Assembly (NCBI GenBank): GCA_963749655.1
Contig: CAVVOB010000003.1
Location: forward strand, 1-14,905
Reading direction: 5' to 3'
Length of the DNA: 14,905 nucleotides
Origin: Nitrospirota bacterium
GTDB taxonomy: Bacteria; Nitrospirota; UBA9217
A program made the position numbers and the translations under genes. This document shows positions 1-6,700 of the stretch, one piece after another. The notes beneath the pieces were generated by a model. The model was not told where the DNA came from. It made no database searches and saw nothing but the letters and a program-made list of their open reading frames with translations. The number at the start of each line of letters is the position of its first letter. Within the stretch, counting starts at the first letter, position 1.

Positions 1-458
1 CATGAGAGAACTGCTCCCGCAGCTACGGCGTAATCAGGAACATCGCCGGAAAGAACAGCGCAGAACTCAGACTGTTCAATGCCCGTGCCCAGAAGCCGCT
101 CAAGACCCCCAGGACCCGCCTTCACGACCCTGTCCTCCTCCGGCGTACGCAGCAGGACGTCGTTCCCGTTCCAGACCACGGCCACGAGGGACTGCCCCAA
201 CGGACCGTATGCCTCCATTCGAAATCGCTGCTGGCCCTTCACAACAACGCCCACCGTATCGAAAGCGCGGGTTTTCCCCCCTTTAACGACCTCCACTCTC
301 GCAAGTGCCCTCAGGCCGGCAAAAGCCTCACGTCGCAGATCCAGCGCCCGCAGAACTGCATCTGCAGGAACAACGGTCATGGGAATCTCCGGCATTTTAG
401 GCAGGCAAGAGAACAGAAGAGGGGCAATGACGAGAGCGGCGATCCTGGCGGTCTTCAC
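1..458 (-). CDS. LolB-like/LolA-fold outer-membrane lipoprotein, partial (3' end runs off the window; not in the ORF track)
   Basis: GTG start at 458-456 overlaps the TGA stop of the TPR gene (GTGA). My translation is MKTARIAALVIAPLLFSC-LPKMPEIP...QRFRMEAYGPLGQSLVAVVWNGNDVLLRTPEE..., open to base 1. It has a lipobox (LFSC), and the RMEAYGPLG segment plus its position after a TPR gene resemble the TPR-lolB arrangement. Confidence 0.75.
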   Translation of the reverse strand, partial: MKTARIAALVIAPLLFSCLPKMPEIPMTVVPADAVLRALDLRREAFAGLRALARVEVVKGGKTRAFDTVGVVVKGQQRFRMEAYGPLGQSLVAVVWNGNDVLLRTPEEDRVVKAGPGGLERLLGTGIEQSEFCAVLSGDVPDYAVAAGAVLS

Positions 459-2206
459 TTCTTATTCTTTTTCCTCGGCTTCGCATCTTTGAGAAGAATG
501 TCTGGGTTTCCGAACCCCTGTTTGACGAATTTCTCCCGAAGCTTCTGGTTGTCCGGATCCAGTTCAAGAGACTTGAGCCATTGTTCCCGCGCCTTGTCCT
601 TCCGTGCAAGCTTCAGGAAAATATCACCGTAATGCTCGCGGATCACGGGGTCGTCGGCGACTTTCTGCACAGCCTTCTTCATTACTTCTGCAGCCTCATT
701 GAGCATCCCTTTCCGGAAATAAGCCCATGCAAGACTGTCGAGGAGATAGGCATTGTCCGGCTTGATCAGCAGAGCCCGTTTTACCAGCTGTACGGCTTCG
801 TCAAGATTTTCGCCTCTGTCCGCGTACAGATAGCCGAGATAGTTCAGCGCGTCTGCATTTTCCGGATTCAGCTCGATGGTTTTTTTCAGCGTGGCAAAGA
901 GCTCGCTCGTCAGTCCCAGTTTTTCGTAGGCAACAGCCTGAGTGAACAAAAGATCGTCCCTGTCCGGAGCGAGATCAATGCCCTTCTGCAGGACATCAAC
1001 CGCCTTCCGGTACTGCTCGACCTCAATGTAGGCATTGGCAAGGTAAAGGTAGAGCTCCGGTTTCCCGGGTTGCGCGGCAAGCGCCTTTTCGAGAAACGGA
1101 ACTGCATCTGCGTTCCGGCCTAATTGAGAATACAAGTAGGCTATTTGCAGGATCGCATCGATATCATCGGGTGTGGCAGAAAGGATTGCTTCATATTCCG
1201 TAAGAGCCTTGTCATAGTGTTCCGAGGCAACGTAGGTGGAAGCAAGATACCGACGGACCTTCAGATCGCCGGGGACGGCCAGAAGAGCGGCCTGAAAGGC
1301 CGTTGCAGCAGCGTCGTACCTTTTCTTTTCCACGTAAATAAGCCCCACCTTAACCTGGGCATCGTAATTACCGGGATCCATGGCGACCAGTCGCTGAAAC
1401 AGCTCCAGTGCCTTATCGAGGGCATTCTGCTGAATGTACAGCTGGGCCAGGTGCTGCATGATCTCGCTGTTGTGAGGATTGAGCGCGATTGACTTCTTGT
1501 AAGCGTCAATCGCTTCAGGAAGTTTGTCCATCAATTCATAGACGAATCCGATGCTTGTATAGGCGGGTTCAAAATCATCGCGCAGAGAGGCGGCCCGTTT
1601 AAATGCCGAAAGCGCCTCGGAGTACATCTGCCGGTCCACATAGATCCTTCCGACATAGTAGGCGGCCATGAGAGAGGTCGGATTGACCTTTTCAAGCGCC
1701 TGAAAGGTGTCGATTGCCTCATCGTAACGTTTCAGCGATGCAAACAGAGAACCCAGGTAGATATAGGGTTCCTCCTGTTTGGGATCGATCGAGATTGCCG
1801 CGCGATAGGCGGCAATCGCCATATCATACTGTTTCCTGTTCGTGGCGATGCTGGCCAGAAGCATCTGCGTCCGGGCATCGTTCGGCTGGAGGTTGGCGGC
1901 GGCCTGCGCATAAATGGTCGCCTGATCGAGCAGTCCCTTTCGCAACGAGAGGTTTGCAAGCGAAAGTGCGATCTCGGCAGAGCGGGGATCGAGTCGGTAG
2001 GCCTCCCCGTACTCCCTTATCGCCGCATCGACCTCATTGTTCTGTTCCAGCATGCTCGCGACCATGAAGTGATAGTCGGCTTCCGCCTGCGTGCGGACAT
2101 CGGCGCTTGCGTCTCCCCGCGTCGTTTCGGGCAACCGCGTTGTGACCGACGCACAGGATACCATGAATACCGCTGTAAGGGCGACAGTCCCGATGATTTT
2201 GAGCAT
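455..2206 (-). CDS. Tetratricopeptide repeat (TPR) lipoprotein, about 583 aa
   Basis: Many tandem TPR repeats (A..Y..A...DP...A...LG..Y) and a C-terminal ALNYLGY..AD / YLLDSLAWAYF motif typical of envelope TPR proteins. The ATG at 2206 (AGGA upstream) gives a signal peptide with lipobox FMVSC; the ATG at 2251 is an alternative start. Confidence 0.9.
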   Translation of the reverse strand: MLKIIGTVALTAVFMVSCASVTTRLPETTRGDASADVRTQAEADYHFMVASMLEQNNEVDAAIREYGEAYRLDPRSAEIALSLANLSLRKGLLDQATIYAQAAANLQPNDARTQMLLASIATNRKQYDMAIAAYRAAISIDPKQEEPYIYLGSLFASLKRYDEAIDTFQALEKVNPTSLMAAYYVGRIYVDRQMYSEALSAFKRAASLRDDFEPAYTSIGFVYELMDKLPEAIDAYKKSIALNPHNSEIMQHLAQLYIQQNALDKALELFQRLVAMDPGNYDAQVKVGLIYVEKKRYDAAATAFQAALLAVPGDLKVRRYLASTYVASEHYDKALTEYEAILSATPDDIDAILQIAYLYSQLGRNADAVPFLEKALAAQPGKPELYLYLANAYIEVEQYRKAVDVLQKGIDLAPDRDDLLFTQAVAYEKLGLTSELFATLKKTIELNPENADALNYLGYLYADRGENLDEAVQLVKRALLIKPDNAYLLDSLAWAYFRKGMLNEAAEVMKKAVQKVADDPVIREHYGDIFLKLARKDKAREQWLKSLELDPDNQKLREKFVKQGFGNPDILLKDAKPRKKNKK

Positions 2207-2303
2207 GATTCCTAGTCTATGCGAACTGCGAATGGGTGTCAAGGCAAACATTCCCCCGTGAATGTATCACTCTGTCAGTCCCGCACGGCCTCAATCCGGG
2301 TGC

Positions 2304-3098
2304 CTATGTTGGTGTCGGCGGTCGAAGCCGGGCGTGGACAAACGCTTTTACCCGATCAAGGCTTGTTTCAATATCGTCTTTGTCGTGAGCCTCGACGGTA
2401 AAGACGGGCACTGGCGCATGATCCTTCACCAGACCGAAAAACTTGTCAAAAGCTATGTTCCCGCGCCCCACAGCCCAGTGCGAATCAGCGGTTCCGTCGT
2501 TATCGTGGAGATGCACTTCCACGAGTTTGGGACCGAGGGCCTCGAACCACCTTTCCATGGGAACCCTCGAAAACAGGTTGAAGTGGCCCGTGTCAAAGCA
2601 AAAGCCGAAATTCGGATCAGCGACACTCTCGATGAGCATTTGAAGAGCATCGGGATCTTCGTCAAAGACGTTTTCCACTGCGACGCGAAGACCGATCTTG
2701 GACGCTGTTTCCATAACCTTGCGCCAGGTGTCGATGCTGTAGTCAAGCCAGACATCCTTGCGGCCGCTGTACCGCCACCGATCATAAGCAGCGTGAAACA
2801 CTACTGCACGCGGCTTCAGTATCGCGGCGACGTTCAAGAGCTGGCGGAACCGCACCTGGGTCACAGAACGCACCATGGGATCGACGGCTCCAGGATTCAA
2901 GTCCATAAACGGAGCATGAAGGGTGAGCTTCGGGTTCCAGTCCAGACGTTCGAGCAGTTTTTCCAGATCATGCTTCTCGATCTGGTCGAGAACGGCCGCG
3001 GAAAGATAGATCTCGAGGTCATATCGTCGAAGTCGAATCAGCTCGAAAAAATCCTTCAGCTTGGGATAGGGGATGTGAACGTGGATAGGCTCCATCAT
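2304..3098 (-). CDS. Sugar phosphate isomerase/epimerase (xylose isomerase-like TIM barrel, AP endonuclease family 2)
   Basis: Motifs TLHAPFMDLNPG, VVFH, VAVEN, CFDTGH, VHLHDNDG..DSH...GRG.I and TVE match the metal-binding pattern of this family. Confidence 0.9.
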   Translation of the reverse strand: MMEPIHVHIPYPKLKDFFELIRLRRYDLEIYLSAAVLDQIEKHDLEKLLERLDWNPKLTLHAPFMDLNPGAVDPMVRSVTQVRFRQLLNVAAILKPRAVVFHAAYDRWRYSGRKDVWLDYSIDTWRKVMETASKIGLRVAVENVFDEDPDALQMLIESVADPNFGFCFDTGHFNLFSRVPMERWFEALGPKLVEVHLHDNDGTADSHWAVGRGNIAFDKFFGLVKDHAPVPVFTVEAHDKDDIETSLDRVKAFVHARLRPPTPT

Positions 3099-3104
3099 CG
3101 ACGA

Positions 3105-3398
3105 TCAGCCTTTGGACGGACATGTGCCGGAGCAAGTTCCTCCCGAGGCACAGCCGGCAGCCGTTTTTTTTACATCTCCGCTCGGCGCATCGCCGGCATT
3201 CTCCGGCTTCCGGTTATGAGACGGGTAATCGGTTGCGTACCAGCCGTTCCCCTTCAGCACAAAAGAAGTCGGCGAAAGCACCTTTCGCACGGTCCCTGTT
3301 TTACACAGTCTGCAGATAGTAAGAATGGGATCGCTGAATTTCTGGATAACCTCGAACCTGCCGCCGCAGGTTTCACACTCGTATTCGTAATTCGGCAT
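3105..3398 (-). CDS. FmdB-family zinc ribbon protein, 97 aa
   Basis: MPNYEYECETCG..FE..QKFSD....C..C......KVLS...F.LKG.GWY.TDY is the FmdB (CxxC_CxxC_SSSS) signature. A GGAGG RBS at 3406-3410 supports the ATG at 3398 over the ORF-track start at 3428. Confidence 0.92.
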   Translation of the reverse strand: MPNYEYECETCGGRFEVIQKFSDPILTICRLCKTGTVRKVLSPTSFVLKGNGWYATDYPSHNRKPENAGDAPSGDVKKTAAGCASGGTCSGTCPSKG

Positions 3399-3448
3399 TA
3401 CAATACCTCCCTCACACTCTCGAAGCATTAACCTGAGCTGGAATCTGT

Positions 3449-3477
3449 ATTATAAACAATGGACTGTTTAAAAACAA
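3449..3477 (-). promoter_or_regulatory. Sigma70-type promoter of the FmdB-TIM barrel-TPR-LolB-like operon
   Basis: Minus strand TTGTTT (3477-3472), 17-nt spacer, TATAAT (3454-3449), about 50 nt upstream of the FmdB start. Confidence 0.65.
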
Positions 3478-3702
3478 GTGTTTTCGAGGGGTTCCCCCAT
3501 CGCTGTTACAAGGAAATCAATTGAGTGGACATTTTAACAGGGGTGAAGAATCATCTGAGAATAATACTTTACGTTTATGGGGAAAATGCCAGCTGACATG
3601 AAGTGAGCCACGCCGTCAGGTGGCCTGAACATCTGAACCTTCCGGCTCACCGGTATCCGTCGGCAGGCTTGGGCAGACTGAGCTGTCGTCGCAGCGAAGG
3701 AT

Positions 3703-4209
3703 CTATACGCGAATCTCTTTAAAGGTGATCAGATCCGACAAGATCATGGCGACCCACGCCATGATCTGAACTGCAGCGGGCAGGACAAGGCTTGATAGAG
3801 CTGCCAGGGTGACTCTCTTTTTCCGGGCCGGTCCGCCTTGCGCTTCCTGAACACGAACCGCAGTCAGTGAGTAGTTGAGAAGGAATGCAAGAGGCAAATA
3901 GGCAAGCACACGAAGATAGAATCTCGCCTGAAGAATGATCAGCACCGCCACCATCAGGATCACTTCAAGAAAGGTGATAAAAACGGTCCTTGTCTTGGAA
4001 AGCTTCCACATTTTCTCCGAAAGGACATATTTTACGATCATCGTCACACTGACGCCGATCAAAAACATGGTAGATACGAACATGAAGGTGCAGAAGCAGC
4101 CCACCTCTACGGCACAGGCAGAAGGAGGAAAGGCAAGGAATACCGCCATGAGACAGGCCAGACTGCTGGAGACGGCGGACAAATCATCAATTCTTTGCCG
4201 AATTTCCAT
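3703..4209 (-). CDS. Hypothetical integral membrane protein, 168 aa
   Basis: Four to five hydrophobic segments. GGAGG 6 nt before the ATG at 4209 favours it over the ORF-track start at 4272. No recognisable family motif. Confidence 0.75.
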   Translation of the reverse strand: MEIRQRIDDLSAVSSSLACLMAVFLAFPPSACAVEVGCFCTFMFVSTMFLIGVSVTMIVKYVLSEKMWKLSKTRTVFITFLEVILMVAVLIILQARFYLRVLAYLPLAFLLNYSLTAVRVQEAQGGPARKKRVTLAALSSLVLPAAVQIMAWVAMILSDLITFKEIRV

Positions 4210-4353
4210 AGGTGTCCTCCCTGAACACAGAGCCCGATGCAACGGGATAAGAATTACGCAGTCATACTTCACTCTGGTTACGCATTACCTGGCTGACCCT
4301 TCGCTGAAGCCGAGTACGTCAGACCTTCGGCCTACTGCAAATTCACATGGTAA

Positions 4354-4382
4354 ATATTAATAAGTGCACCTTCTATTGTCAA
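4354..4382 (-). promoter_or_regulatory. Sigma70-type promoter upstream of the membrane protein and its structured leader
   Basis: Minus strand TTGACA (4382-4377), 17-nt spacer, TAATAT (4359-4354). Confidence 0.65.
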
Positions 4383-4566
4383 AGAAATTCGCAACAAAAT
4401 ACATCTTTTCAGAAAAGTTGCAATTTACAGATAAGCTGATATATATAATTTGAGTGATGGTTCGCCTGAATACTTATTCATTTAAGAATGTATCTTGGCA
4501 CGGCACAGGGACGCAATTATCGTGCGAAGGGAGGTCCTCGTGCATACCAGCTACAGCAACACCCTA

Positions 4567-4803
4567 TTATTTTTTTATACTGCGGGCCTTATGGCAGACG
4601 AGACACTGTTCCTTTGGAGGATGGGTACTCTTGAGCGGCGACCGCTTATCCGCGCCGTGACATTCAAGACACAGGACGTTCGACGACGCGTTTCTGTGCA
4701 GGGCATCGTCAGGAAGGGCGGGAACGTTGTTCCGGGAAGAAAGATAAAAAAGGAAAGCAAGCACCGCGCAGGCGGTAATAATGACGGGTATCGAACTCTT
4801 CAT
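4567..4803 (-). CDS. Small diheme cytochrome c (DHC2/NapB-like), 78 aa
   Basis: N-terminal signal/anchor helix, two CxxCH motifs (CLECH, CLVCH), candidate distal His ligands in P.D..H and HPP, and a GGAGG RBS at 4811-4815. Confidence 0.88.
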   Translation of the reverse strand: MKSSIPVIITACAVLAFLFYLSSRNNVPALPDDALHRNASSNVLCLECHGADKRSPLKSTHPPKEQCLVCHKARSIKK

Positions 4804-4985
4804 GTCAGAACCTCCGAAAACAATCTCGAACAGAATATCAGGGGCTGATCCAGCCGCGTCAGCCCGGCCTTATGACTGCTCAACACGCGGACAATAGTAT
4901 GCTCGCCAAAGAGATGCCTGTCAAGTCTGCCCCCGGTGACATCCTGCGAAATCCGGCTCCCATTGTATATTCCTTGCCGGCTTTC

Positions 4986-4994
4986 TGATATAAT
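4986..4994 (+). promoter_or_regulatory. Extended -10 promoter element of the giant fusion gene
   Basis: TGaTATAAT at 4986-4994 with no good -35 at standard spacing. RBS AAGGAG at 5073-5078 precedes the ATG at 5084. Confidence 0.5.
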
Positions 4995-5083
4995 TTTTAT
5001 AGCACGAAATTATCAAGCAAGCCTTTCTCAACACCCCAGAGAATTCATTCCTGAACGAGCAAGCCTTAGGAAAAGGAGTCAGC

Positions 5084-6700
5084 ATGATACAGTACAAATT
5101 CGACGTTGTGGTCGTCGGAGCCGGACCGGCAGGAGTGGCTGCCGCGGGCAGCCTGGCCCGTGCCGGCATTTCGGTAGCCCTCCTCGAAGCAGGCGTCTAT
5201 GCAGGTGCGGAAAACTGGTCCGGCTGTGTATATTTTACCGAGAACCTGGCAGCAGAGGACTGCTTCGGAAACGAGTCAGTCGAGGCCGCTCCCTTTGAAC
5301 GGCGGGTCACGCGGCGCGGAACGCTGCTGCATAACGGTCTGGACGTCCTCGGTCTGGAGGTCCGCGATTCCACTCTCTTTAAGAATTGCTACACGGTCCT
5401 GAGGCCGGTCTATGATCCCTACTTTGCCCACCTTGCGCGCTTGAAGGGCGCAGTGCATCTGACGGCGACGACCGTCACCGCCCTAATCCGGAAAAATGGC
5501 AGGGTCATCGGCGTTGAGACGAACCGGGGTCCGCTGTACGCCGACATGGTCTTTCTTGCCGAAGGAGACGCTTCGCACCTGGTCCGCTCGGAGCAGCTCG
5601 AGCGAACGGCCCGCCCGCACTACATGCAGGGCGTCAAGGCGGTGCTGTCGCTCCCTTCTCAGGAAATCGAAACCAGGTTCGGGCTCGCTTCCGGCGAAGG
5701 CGCCGCCTACGAGCTTCTTGTCCGGAATGCGTCGATCGCAGGGAGAACCGCCCGGCTGAATGTCGGCGGTTTTCTGTATACCAACCGCGACTCCCTCTCC
5801 CTCGGCTATGTCCTTCCCCTGGCCAACCTGCGCAACAATTATCACGGCGATCATGACAGGCTGTTCGAATGGCTGCGCGGCCTGCCCCTCCTCCGTGAAT
5901 TTACCCACGATGCGAAGCTCACGGCGTACGGCACCAAGATCATCAGAAGCGGCGGATGGAACGAGCGGCCCGTGCTCGTCCAGGACGGCCTCGCTGTCGG
6001 CGGCGCTTCGACCGGGCTCGGGATAGACATCCCTTTTCCGAATTTCACCGGGCCGGCCTCGGCATCAGGGCTGTACTTCGCCCGGGCAGCGATCGCCCTC
6101 CTGAGGGATGGAAAAGCGCCTGACAGTCGCAACCTTTCCCGGGCATACCTTGAACCCCTCCGGGAGAGCGTGTACGGAAAGAATGCCCGCTATCTTTCAC
6201 GATGGCCTGCCTATTTCGGGAAGTCGAGCACCCTCTTCGGCAGGACTATAGACATCGTCTGCGGCACCTCGCACTTTATTGCGTCAGGCAGCCTGTTGAA
6301 CACCGGCCGGTTCCTGCGGAGCCACCTTCTCTCGTTCCGGGGTCTCCGCGACTCGATCAGCGACACCCTGCGCGCCGTCACCAGCCTCAGGCTCTGGAAG
6401 CCGATCGCCTTGTCGGCGCTCAACCCCGCAACAATCGGACAATGGATCGCCAACCTTGCGAAGAAGCCGGCGTTGCCCGATCCAGAGCTCGTCATAACCC
6501 TGAAGATAACCGGCCAGGATGTCGATGGGAGAAAACTGCCGTGGCCGGCGGGATCGCTGATCAGGCGTCTTTCCCCGGCGCTTCTTCAAGCCCTCAAAAC
6601 AGTCTATGCCAATAACGACCGCCCCATGATGGGCAAAGCTGCAGAAGCCGTCCATTTCCTGATCCGAGGACTGCGGCTCACCGACCTCGTCATCCTCCCT
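5084..6700 (+). other. Domain of the fusion: FixC/ETF:quinone oxidoreductase-like FAD flavoprotein (about aa 1-540; boundaries approximate)
   Basis: Rossmann GAGPAG, GAENWSG, APFERRV, YTVLRP..D, MQGVK, IE.RF, GGFLYTN.DS.SLG are all FixC-type motifs. Confidence 0.85.

Noticed and set aside
2262-3431. 389-aa plus-strand ORF
   Set aside because: Antisense shadow of the TIM-barrel and FmdB genes, which carry clear family motifs; it has no motif of its own.
4230-4378. ATAGAAGGTGC and GCCGAAG on the minus strand resembling a lysine riboswitch
   Set aside because: The first motif lies in the promoter spacer and would not be transcribed; the five-way junction elements are absent.
4418-4449. Plus-strand TTGCAA...TATAAT promoter-like element
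   Set aside because: The spacing is 20 nt, the context is an AT-rich (TA)n run, and no credible downstream gene exists. An sRNA promoter cannot be fully excluded.
4452-4490. GTGATGGTTCGCC resembling the 5' end of a fluoride riboswitch
   Set aside because: Shorter than the consensus, lacks the 3' pseudoknot partner, and no same-strand gene follows.
4495-4560. GGGACGCAA resembling a c-di-GMP-I riboswitch core
   Set aside because: The upstream GGCAAAC/GNRA stem and the downstream stem are missing.
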